DNA of 63,919 nt, counting the filler, from Octopus bimaculoides (Eukaryota): NCBI RefSeq assembly GCF_001194135.2. It is 7 parts of 7 records of this genome, joined end to end, with 100 filler letters (N's around TTAATTAATTAA, not from the genome) between each part and the next. Parts side by side here need not be neighbours in the genome. Positions count along the whole stretch, not along the records: positions 13,927 to 38,657 come from NC_068993.1; 6 more parts are not named here. One strand, written 5' to 3'. Positions 23,830-35,051 of this stretch are shown piece after piece; positions within the stretch are counted from its first letter, which is position 1; each line of letters starts with the position of its first letter. The notes below the pieces were generated by a model. It was not told the origin of the DNA, made no database searches, and worked only from the letters and a program-made list of their open reading frames with translations. The position numbers and the translations under genes were made by a program.

Positions 23830-25170
23830 TCTTTCTCAGTCAACCCCAGTGCTTGACTGGTACTTATTTTATCGACACCGGAAGGATTAAAGGCAGAACG
23901 TAAAGGTGGTGCCCCAGCATGGTCACAGTCTAATGAATGAAACAAGTAAAAGTGTATTAAAAGAAAGCCGGAAGAAATGCTGCTAAGCATTTTGTCCTAC
24001 GCGGTTATGACTCTGCCAGTTGCTCTGTAATTCTTTCTACTATAGGCGCAAGTTCCGAAATGTTGGTGGGGGTGGACTTGTTGATTACATCGACCCCTGT
24101 GCTTAACTGATACTTTTAACGATTCCGGAAGGATGAAAGGCAAAAGTGACCTCGGCAAAATTTGAACTCAGAATATAAAGAGCCAGAAGAGATGCCGGCA
24201 AATATTTTGTCTGACTCGCTAATCAACCTTAACGATCCTTTCTACTGAAGGCAAAAGGCCTAAAATTTAGTGGGGAGGGGACTAGTCGATTACATCGACC
24301 GCAGTGTTTCACTGATACTTTATTTATTGATTCCGAAAGGATGAAAGGCAAAGTCGACTTCGGCAGAATTTGAACTCAGAACGGAAAGACAGACGAAATG
24401 CTGCTAAGCATTCTGCCCGGTATGCTAACGATTCTGCCAGCTCACCGCCTTAACCAACTTTATTAATAATTGTTTCTAGCTGAGACACAAATCCAGCAGT
24501 CTTGAAGGAAGGGATCTAGTCAAAGCCATCGACCCCAGTATTTGAGTGATACGTTATTTTGTCGATCTCTAAAGGATGAAAGGCAATGTTGACCTCGGTG
24601 AGATTTGAAATGAGAATGTAAAGTGCTGGAACAAATGCCATAAAGCATTTTGTTCGACGTTCGGAGCGGTGGGTAAGAGATAGTATGTTATTTCTTCAAT
24701 TTAAAAAAAGTTACGAATTTGTTATAGAAGTGGTTTTTAGAAACTCTGTTCCCACCCCACTCAGAACAATAGTGAAATGAATTTCTATCAGAGATACAAG
24801 AATCAAAGTTTGGTCAGGAGAGTATATTTGATTATGTCGACGCCAGAACTTGATTGATACTTCATTACCAATCATAGAAGAGGAAATTCAAATTCAGCTT
24901 TGGTAGTGTTTGAGTTCCGAATGCAAAGGACTATAATCGAATATCACTCGACATTTTGTCCGGCGCACTTATGATTCTGCAAAATCCGTCAGCCCAATAT
25001 TCAGGTCTAAAATAAATACAACTTGTAAATAGAAGTTAGGGTGTACTCGACTATACTGTTCCTAGTATCTGACTGATACTTTATATTATCGAAACCGGAT
25101 TCATGAAAGGAAAAGCCAACCTCAGCCGGATTTGAACTTAAACAGCCGGAACTAAATACGGCAATGTCAT
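23830..25170 (-). mobile_element. Cluster of about six co-oriented family B SINE copies
   Basis: The GAAAGGATGAAAGGCAAAGTCGAC-like core recurs near 23880, 24130, 24340, 24575, 24880 (decayed) and 25105. Confidence 0.85.
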
Positions 25171-25808
25171 TTTTGTACTACTCTCTTCCAGTCCACCGCC
25201 CACGCCTCATTCAACAGCGCCACCACTAACACCAAGATATTAAAAGCAGACAGAGAACATTATAAAAAAAAAAGTAAAAAAGATTGCATGATAAATATTG
25301 GTTTGGCTCCATGTAACAAAACACACTAACGGGTTTGTGTCAACATAACTATAACATAATTTCGGGTTGACAGCTAGAAGACTGGCAGCCAGGTGGCAAA
25401 AACAAATGACACTCTTTTATATATNNNNNNNNNNNNNNNNNNNNNNNNNNNNNNNNNNNNNNNNNNNNNNNNNNNNNNNNNNNNNNNNNNNNNNNNNNNN
25501 NNNNNNNNNNNNNNNNNNNNNNNNNNNNNNNNNNNNNNNNNNNNNNNNNNNNNNNNNNNNNNNNNNNNNNNNNNNNNNNNNNNNNNNNNNNNNNNNNNNN
25601 NNNNNNNNNNNNNNNNNNNNNNNNNNNNNNNNNNNNNNNNNNNNNNNNNNNNNNNNNNNNNNNNNNNNNNNNNNNNNNNNNNNNNNNNNNNNNNNNNNNN
25701 NNNNNNNNNNNNNNNNNNNNNNNNNNNNNNNNNNNNNNNNNNNNNNNNNNNNNNNNNNNNNNNNNNNNNNNNNNNNNNNNNNNNNNNNNNNNNNNNNNNN
25801 NNNNNNNN

Positions 25809-25860
<52 letters not shown>

Positions 25861-26407
25861 GCATACGTTTGCGCATCCTTGATTTAAAAACAATGACAGA
25901 AAGGACTCAATACTCGTGTGAAACTGATGATATTCAAAGTTCTCGCTCGTTATAATCCTTGAGGCGACTGGAAGATCTGAACATCGACGAAGTAAATCAT
26001 AATGATGTATATGTGTGTGTAATTCTGTGTGTGTGTGTTTGTGTGCGCGCACGTGTGTGCGTGTGCATATCTGTGTGTTTGCAGAAGGAGTAAAAAAAAG
26101 CCGGTTCTTTTCCCTTTAGCCGACACATTTAAAAAATAATTTTTTGTAGCTAAACACTTTCAAAATTCGTATACTGATAGAATGTGTCACATAAAACATA
26201 ATTTACTCTTGGCGTTTTTGAGAAAATTGTGTATTTTCGATGTTATTTCGTGTTAAAGTTGTCGTATTTCGGTAATTTCAACCAATCAATGACGTCTATT
26301 GAGGTGAAAACAATTACTGCTGTTGTTTGTTAACAACAACTTCCGGCGGTATATATTTCGTTTATCACTGTTATTTATGACATCGTTCGTGCGTTTGTAC
26401 TGGTTTT

Positions 26408-26548
26408 AGCTTTAGGGTTTTAGGGTTAGGGTTAGGGTTTTGCAGTTAGGGTTAGGGTTAGGGTTTTAGGGTCAGGGTTAGGGATTTAGGGTTAGGGATA
26501 GGGTCTTAGAGTTAGGGTTAGGGTTAGGGTTTTAGGGTTAGGTTAGGG
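26408..26548. repeat. Interstitial telomere-like (TTAGGG)n array, degenerate
   Basis: About 20 TTAGGG units and variants (TTTTAGGG, TCAGGG, ATAGGG). Confidence 0.93.
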
Positions 26549-26736
26549 AAGTGGGGCAATAATGGGGTAACGATTCATGTAAAAACAACAAAATAATGTT
26601 TTATTTGTGAAATACGGTTACTTTGATTTTATTTTAGAAAGACGTCTATGTTTGTAATGGTTAGTTGTGTTGGGGACGCTAGGAATGTGGCCCGAGTGTC
26701 AAGGGGGTAGCAGTCCAAAATGTTTGGGAACCACTG
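26549..26736 (-). mobile_element. Second copy of the left end of the hAT-like element
   Basis: Ends TTTGGGAACCACTG; its reverse complement aligns to about 14240-14430. Confidence 0.8.
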
Positions 26737-28287
26737 CGTTAGAACATCGAATAATTCACAAATGTTATCTGTTTAGGTTCAAACAGATCCGCTACTAAGT
26801 AACAATGCTTTACGAGTATACATAACGAGGTTTATTTTTGGTTCATCGATGGTTACTGACTGACGTGCAAACTCCAATGCATCACACATTCAAATACTGA
26901 CGCGTAGAAATTCATAATGTCTAACTGTGAATTTTGCTTTACTTTTATTGTGGTTGCATTTGAATCATGATGCCATCGAAAAGCTATTGGTTCATAGTGA
27001 CTCGTTCAATTAATCCTTAATGCATTCTTTTATTCTTTTATTATTTTACTTGTTTCAGTCATTTTGACTGTGGCCATGGATAAATCTGATACTTATTCCA
27101 TCGCTCTATTTTGCCGAACCGCTATATTACGGGGACGTAAACACACCAACATCGGTTGTCAAGCGATGGTGGTGGCTGGGATCAAGCTCACAAATATATA
27201 CATATATGTATAGAGAGAGACGGGCTTCTTTCAGTTTTTGTCTACCAGATCCACTCACAAGGCTTTGGCTGGCCCGAGGCTATAGTAGAAGACACTTGCC
27301 CAAGGTGCAACACAGTGGGACTGAACCTGTAATCATGTGTTTGGGAAGCAAGCTATATATATATATATNNNNNNNNNNNNNNNNNAATGTCAGCTTCTTG
27401 TACCAATATCCAACTATGTATGTATGTATGTATATATGTATATACACACACATGTACGTATGTATAGGCAAGTCGAAAATAGAAATGAAAACAAAAGAAA
27501 AAATCCCAAAAGGACTTATGTATGTATGTACATGTGTGTGTGCGCTTTTGTGTTTGTCCCCACCATCGCTTGACAATTGTTGTTAGTTTGTTTATGTCCG
27601 CTTAACTTAGCCAATCAGCAAAACAAAGACGAGAGAATAAGTACTTGACTTAAAAATAGTATTAGGCTTAGTTTGTTGAACTTAATCATTCGAAGCGGTG
27701 CCTCAGCATGGCTGCAGTCCAAGGACTGAAGCAAGCATAGGAATGAAGGAATAAGACAAGAACATACAGATACATACATACATACATGCATACATACATA
27801 CATACACAAATACACACACGCACGTATATATTGGACACTGAGTTATTTGTATTAGCTCATTCTTGTTGAATTTATGCAAATTACATAGGTTATAAATGTT
27901 CTACTCCTTTGAGTACTGGAGAAAAATATTGAGCAACTGTGCTGATGACGGCTACTGAATCAGAAACACATGTTCACGGCTGATTTCTTATCTCCAGACG
28001 ATAAGCTTGTACTTTCTTTAATCCTACGTCAACTTTGGAGAACTTTGGGAGACTACTTAAGATTATCTCCTTTTCTCAAGTGGAGCTGGATTTAATTGCC
28101 ATTTGGTAATTGTGACTCATCTTCTATTGGCGGGGATAATTCTGATAAATCCAAAATTGATGTTGTATGGTATTTGATATACCTGTATTTGTCAATGTTG
28201 TTCAAATACATGTTATTGGTCACTCTGAGTTATCCCTCTTAGTTAATTTCTCTTTATATCTTTTTATATATCCCCCCACTCCTCCTT

Positions 28288-28400
28288 GTCGTTCTCGTCG
28301 TCGCCGTCGTCACCGTCGTCACCGTCGTCACCGTCATCGTCGTCGTCGTCGTCGTTATCGTCATCACCATCATCGCTATCGTCATTGTCATCAGTATCAT
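28288..28400. repeat. (CGT/CAT)n compound trinucleotide repeat
   Basis: Direct inspection; source of the poly-R/H and poly-D ORFs. Confidence 0.9.
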
Positions 28401-29200
28401 CGTCCTCGACGTGAGTATCATTATCATTATAATCCTCCCTCCTCATTATAATCATCATCGTCGCCGTCGCAATCACCCCTCCACACACACACTACCACCA
28501 CCACCACCACCACCACCACCACCACCACCAATGTAAGTAAAACATGACAATGTAGTTGTTTCGATGTACTTTTGGTTTTTTCCTTTAGCGTTTCTTTTTT
28601 TTCTCTCCGAAACGTCTTGCGTCTTGTTCTCATTGATTCCGCACACCACTTTAGATCAACAACCATTTCCTGGCCAACACCACCCCTGCACCCAGAGTGT
28701 GGAAGCGTTCTTTTTTTTTTATGTAACTTTAACACATGCGCAATTTCAAGTGTTTCCTGCTTTCTAAAATAAACGCTAAAAAATTTTTCTTTCTTAAATA
28801 ATAAAAAAAAAACAAATAACAACCAGAAACAAATACCCGTAATGGTGGAGTTTGGAGTTGGCAACAGTAGATTGTGTGTGCATTCAGGGTGGAAAAGCTG
28901 GGTAAGCGATTGATTAATATAAGAAACGGAAGCGACTGAATAATGGTAGCTGATTCTTACACTCACTAAGTAACAAAGGGAGGTGGGGGTGGATGTGCAC
29001 GCAACCCACCCCGTTTGCCGTTATTTCTGTTTTGTTTTGTTTTATTTTATGTTATTTTATTTTTGCATGAATTGTTTACGAATCAAATATGGTGGACTGC
29101 CATTTATTTCACAATCTGCGACATGGTTTGGTTCGGATTAATTGTTAATCATAGGTCAAAATCGCAGCGGTTAGCACCAGGCATTTTATTAAAATAACTA

Positions 29201-29232
<32 letters not shown>

Positions 29233-29289
29233 CATCATCATCATCTTCGTCGCAATCAACGTTTTTGTTGTTGTTGTTAATATTATTAT

Positions 29290-29630
29290 TGTTAGTTTGC
29301 CAGATAATGTGCTTAACGGCATTTCATCCGGCGTTACGTTTGAGTTCAAATTTTGCTAAGGTCGATTTGCCTTTCATCCTTTCTGAGTCGATAAAATAAG
29401 TACCAGATGATTACTGGGATCGATGTAATCGACTTACCCCCTCCCTCAAAGTTGCTGGCCTTGTGCTAAACTTTGAAACTATTATTATTGCTTAGCGGCA
29501 TTTCGTCAATCTTTATGTCCCGAGTTCCAATTCCGCTGAGGTCGACTTTGTTTTTTATCCTTTCGGGATCGGTGCAATTAAGTACCAGGTGAGTACTGGG
29601 GTCGGTACAATCGACTCACCTCTTGTGCCT
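29290..29630 (+). mobile_element. Two tandem family B SINE copies
   Basis: GGTCGATTTGCCTTTCATCC near 29360 and GAGGTCGACTTTG near 29538. Confidence 0.85.
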
Positions 29631-29659
29631 TTAATAAGAAAAGATTAATATAGTTATTC

Positions 29660-30172
29660 AGTGAGAGAGCAGCAAATACCATCAGAATGACACTGGGCTA
29701 CAAAGATATGGAGCCTAAGACTCGTCTGCTAAGGGTACACCAGGCATATGCATCACAGCCATATGTGTGCGACATGGTGATCTCATGCCAAGATAAACAG
29801 CGTATGATCTTGCAGGTGGGGGCCAAGTTAGAATTTTCTTCACGTCGATTAGCCCATCCTGCTCAAAAGGTCTCTGAATAAGGGTTGCTTAAGGATGATG
29901 AACGAAACACCTATGTTTCCACAGGTGAATTATTCAAACCCCAAAGTATTCCTCTCAACATATGACTATAATGCTCCCCCACTACTTCTGCTCATGATCA
30001 GAAATGCACATTTCGTCACCCGCTAAGGTCAAACCACCGACACGTAAATCTGTGGTATTGAGCAGAATATTTACTGCAGCCCATCTTTTATACCAAAAGA
30101 AGACATGTACATGATAACACTTCCAATCAGTTAAGATCAGAGAGCCACTGCCTGGTACTGCATCGGGGCATT
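29660..30172 (-). mobile_element. Non-autonomous ~500-bp element (family D)
   Basis: Homologous to 47830-48345 over its length with similar ends; adjacent to (ATT)n. Confidence 0.8.
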
Positions 30173-30195
30173 TATTATTATTATTATTATTATTG

Positions 30196-30498
30196 TTCAG
30201 TAGTTTTATTTTTATAACGTGCTTTCACTTCACTACCGAGCGCAGCTCTGTGCGCCTTGGGTATGTGCTGTGGTTTGCTGTGGTGCTCTTATGTTTACTG
30301 TATTGAAAGTGTTTTGCGTAGAATGTGTGCAGTACCCAGTAGTGCAATTTTCTGTATGTTATATATATTTGTAAGTCCTGGTGTTTTTGTTATGTATTTG
30401 TCTGAATATTTTTTTACTATACCTAAGGCACCTACTATGATAGGAATTGTTTCTGTTTTTAGATTCCACATTCGAGTTATCTCTATTTCCAGGTCTTT

Positions 30499-30500
<2 letters not shown>
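30196..30500 (-). mobile_element. R4/Dong-like LINE 3' end
   Basis: Translates to KDLEIEITRMWNLKTETIPIIVGALGIVKKY...IQKIALLGTAHILRKTL, flanked by (ATT)n. Confidence 0.88.
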
Positions 30501-30539
<39 letters not shown>

Positions 30540-31075
30540 GTGGTAAAAGAGGCTGTGTGGTGGACCCGTCTGAAAAATTTGAAGACAGGCACATTCCTAT
30601 CTGGTTAAGCCCTCATCAATTTCTTCAAATATCACGGTGAGGGTAGAGAAGGAGGTGCTACCTTCTAGTGTGTTTATCAAAAGGTGGTCGACAGTGGCAA
30701 GACTGGTGAGACTGAATGGATCTACTCTGAATATGCTTTCCTAAGCAGGAGAAAAGAAACTGGAAGATGGCACTTTCCCATGTCTTGGAGATGGCAGAGT
30801 AATACAGGATTGCTGTGTGGGGTTTACCCTGGATTACCCTAGGTAGACTAGACTGTCCCGCTATTGGGGATTCTATTCATTTATTTATTTGTCTATTTAG
30901 TATTTCTTTCTCTACTTTCTATTATATATCCTCTGTTATATCCTTTAATGTGGTAGTATCTCCTCTTCATTGATGTTAACTCCACATGCCTTGTTTTTAT
31001 AGTTTTCATTTTGTGCTGTAACTCGTCCTTCGATATTGTCCTTCATGTCTTGGGATCTTGTAGCCAAAAAAAGAA

Positions 31076-31077
<2 letters not shown>

Positions 31078-31137
<60 letters not shown>

Positions 31138-31172
31138 CATCATCATCATCATCATCTTTATTATTGTTATTA

Positions 31173-31204
<32 letters not shown>

Positions 31205-31205
31205 T
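31078..31205. repeat. (TAT)n/(CAT)n microsatellite
   Basis: Direct inspection. Confidence 0.95.
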
Positions 31206-31334
31206 GTCATTTTTGTCTGGGGAAGAAAGGAAATAGACTTTAGAATTTTGTTTGTCGGTCCACCCAGGCTGATGAGGACTGGGTGTGGTCGAAACCTTTC
31301 ATGTTCAGTCTGCAGACTGGTGAAGACCTGGCAG

Positions 31335-31510
31335 AGAGAAGGGGGGAGAGAAAGCGAGAGGTGGAAAGAGATAGAGAGAGAGGGAGGGAGAAAGAGAGAG
31401 AGAGAGAGAGAAAGCGAGAGGTGGAGAGAGAGACAGAGATAGAGATAGAGAGAGAGAGAGAGAGAGAAAGAAAGAGAGAGAGGGAGGGAGAGATAGAGAG
31501 AAAGAGAAGC
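31335..31510. repeat. (GA)n-rich microsatellite
   Basis: Direct inspection. Confidence 0.95.
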
Positions 31511-31984
31511 AGACAGTCGCAGAAGTAATCAAAGCTGCTTCCTACTGGGAGAGGCTGGATGTTGATGGCAACAAAGAAGTTTGTTCCGGAAAAGTTTCTT
31601 GTCTGGCAACGATTCTGCGAACATTGATATTAAGACATGAAATAATTTCATAACAACTGGAAGTTTCGAGAAAGTTTCGTGATATCGCTAGCCTTGTAGA
31701 AGAAGCAACGGAGGAAGAGGCTTTAAGAAACTTAAAAACTTTATTTAAACAAAATGGCGAAGACAGAGACCTTTTTAGAATCCGAAAAATAAAAAAAAGT
31801 TTAATACCTTTTATATATTTCAGGCACAAAGACCCCCAAATCTGAAGTGAACGAAGTCATGAAATATGAGCCTAAACAGTAGCGGCCATGTTGATCCTTG
31901 TGTGGACAATGACCCTACAATGTCCGTGTGAGTGGCGGTGGATATAGTAGCAGCAGCCATTATATTGGTTTGGTTTGGCGAAAA

Positions 31985-32345
31985 CGGCTGCGGTTAACGG
32001 TCCTCTTGAACATCTGTAAGTTGACGGTTGTGGGTGGGTGGGGGTGACATGGGCAGAGAAGGAATTCTATAGAACTGGTATTCTGTGGAAAAAGGACTGG
32101 GTTGTGCTAAGTGCTGGTCTTGGGAACGGATCACAGAAGAGTTGAACAGGAGAGGTTGGTGTATCGTGAGAGAATGAGTGGAGATGGCTCGAAGCCAATC
32201 AGATCAGAGGAGCAAGGGTCACTAATATTTTGGATAGAAATTACATTGTCTTGTGAGTGAGGAGTCATCCTGCCTGTGGCCCAGAGATTGAACTGTATTG
32301 GTGAACGACTTTATTCCAGTCAACTGGGCGGTTAAAACAAATTCA
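31985..32345 (-). mobile_element. CR1/L2-like LINE 3' fragment
   Basis: Translates to VQSLGHRQDDSSL and QSFFHRIPVL*NS, which resemble the L..LAHRR and SFFPRT..LWNSLP motifs. Confidence 0.65.
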
Positions 32346-32357
32346 AGGTTATCGTTG

Positions 32358-32590
32358 GGTGTGGAAAATAATATAGATTTAGTGTGGAAAATAACAGAAT
32401 TAGTGTGGTAAGCTAACATTCATATCTAGTGTGGTAAAGTGACAGATTTAGTGTGGAAATGTAGCACTTAAGATTTACTGCGGAAAGCAACACTTAGACA
32501 TAATGGAAAGTAACAAGTTTGGTTTGGAAAGTAACGCTTAGCTTTTGTGTGATAAAAATAACACTTAAGATTTAATATGGTATAGTAACG
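32358..32590. repeat. Degenerate minisatellite, unit approximately TAGTGTGGAAAGTAACA(CTTAA)GATT
   Basis: About nine diverged 21-28 nt units. Confidence 0.8.
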
Positions 32591-33036
32591 TGTGTATAAA
32601 TGATTAGTATAATCTACAGAAAATTAAAAGGACATTCAGAAGCAAGAGCAGCATTACTAGTATTTGTTGTTGTTGTGTAAGTCTACATCATGTGTCTCAA
32701 GGGCTGTCAATGAAATGAATTAACCGGGCAAAAACAATCCTTTACGCAGGAAACAGCGACACCAACAGGAAATAATTGAAAAACTATTAAATTTTCAATT
32801 TACAGAACAGACTTGAGACTTCTAATACTATTAGTATTTCCTGCGGCAACATGTCATATTCAAGGCAAAAGATTGTAGGTTCAAGTTCAACTGTTAGAAT
32901 TAATTACACACATGAATTTATTCACATCGTTACGTTTGTATGTCTACGCGCGCGTATCTGTGTGAATGTGGGTATGATAGTGTTGTGTCTATATATGCGT
33001 GTATGTATATATGTATACACTCACACACGCACACAC

Positions 33037-33088
<52 letters not shown>

Positions 33089-35005
33089 GAATGTGTATTT
33101 CTCTCTCTCTTTCTGTATATATATATGTGTGTGTGTATGTGTGTTTATGTATGTGTTTATGTGTAATTGTGTGTATGTGTGTGTTGTGTGTATGTGTGTG
33201 TTGTGTGTGTGGTACAGAAAGAGAGAGGGGGAGAAACATACACTCATTGATGTATAGTAAGTTGCATTTGAGTTATCTGTTGGCTAGGTGCAGACGTGGC
33301 TGTGTGGTAAGAAGCTTGCTTCCCAACCACATGGTTCCTGGTTCAGTCCCACTGAGTGGTACCTTGGGCAAGTGTCTTCTACTATAGTCTCGGGCCGACC
33401 AAAGCCTTGTGAGTGGATTTGGTAGACGAAAGCTGAAAAACCAGCTCTATGAGTCCTAANNNNNNNNNNNNNNNNNNNNNNNNNNNNNNNNNNNNNNNNN
33501 NNNNNNNNNNNNNNNNNNNNNNNNNNNNNNNNNNNNNNNNNNNNNNNNNNNNNNNNNNNNNNNNNNNNGAAAGCTGAAAAACCAGCTCTATGAGTCCTAA
33601 GACTCGAAACAATACTTACTTTTACTATAGTGCAAAAATGTAAAGGCGCGTGTTCCAGTGGTTACGATTGTGGGTTCGATTCCTTGCCCATGCGGCTCGT
33701 TGTGTCCTTGTGTATTCACTGAATTTCACATTGCTCCTGTGTATTACCTGAGAGCTGGTGCAACCCTTTTTCTCTCCCTCCATTTATCACATTCTGGATA
33801 TAACACTCGGTCAAAGGTTGGGAGGACAGAGAGAGAGAGAAAGTGTGTGTGTGGGGGGGATGAGGTAGGGTGGGGTCTATGTCTGCTCGTGACTATATAG
33901 GCACCTAAAACAATTAGTGAAAGCACGGTACACGTTACCAGGTCATACTCAGTTCGTTGGTGACGGTTGTGCTTTGCTATGCTATACTACTATAGTACAA
34001 TTACGAGGCCACAATCTACAAGTCATTGATACAAGCCGCTGTACTTCCGGTATTTTAAACACACGCATGCACACGTATACGCATACATACACATACACAC
34101 ACACTCATATACATGTCTCCTACTAATTCTTACATTCATTTGTCGTTTGGAAATAATGACTCACATCCCTCACACACTCTCCCTTCCTCCTTCCATCTAC
34201 CCCTCTCTCTTTCTCACTACCGCCTTATAAACCAATTTGTTTATTAGACCATACGAACCATATCAAATATATATAACACTATTTCGGCTAATTAATAAAC
34301 TGAAAATGAACTCAGCAAACTTATTTAATATAAGCTGGAAATTAATTTAATTTCATTTGTAATCAACTTAAACTAGGGTATTTCTTGCCAAAGTATTGTT
34401 GTTGGAATAGTGTCGGTGCATCATAGAACTGTCGCTGGAATATGGCAAAGAATTACAGCTACAATGTCGCTGGAATGTACTCGGATGCATTCGTTTCATT
34501 TTTATTCAATGGTTTAAAGCAAGTAGCGGTAACCTTTTCCAAGAAGCGGGCCGCATGAGACATGGATCATCATCAGGCAGGTTACACTTCTAAACAATTT
34601 TGAGATAATTTTTCATTGCGTGCCCTTCTGGCAGTCACTTAGGCTGCAGTTTACGCATGAGTGATTTAGAGACAGAAGGATGAATAGTACCTGTAATTAT
34701 GTGTAGTGTTGGGTAAGTGTGTGTGTGTGTGCGGTGTGTGTGTGTGTGTGTATGCGGTGTGTGTGTCTAGTGTGTAGGTATGGATGTGTGTGCGTATGTA
34801 TGTGTGTATGAGTGTATATGTGTGTTCAGTGTGGATATTGGGTATATATCGATGTTGGGTGTGTTGTATGCGTGTGTGAATGTTGGGTATGTCTGGATGT
34901 GTATGTAGGTATTAGGTGTGTGTGTGTGAGGGTGTTATGTGTGTGCGTCTGTGTGTGTGTGAATCGAGAAAAAAGGCACAAGTAAAAAGAAGAGTTCGAT
35001 GACAT

Positions 35006-35051
<46 letters not shown>

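Noticed and set aside
26408-26548. True chromosome end or fusion site
   Set aside because: Short, degenerate, single orientation and embedded between repeat-derived sequences.
32358-32590. CRISPR-like array
   Set aside because: Degenerate tandem units without unique spacers, no cas genes, and a eukaryotic context.
33428-33600. 32-nt direct repeat on both sides of a gap
   Set aside because: Identical sequence at facing contig ends is most simply an unmerged overlap.
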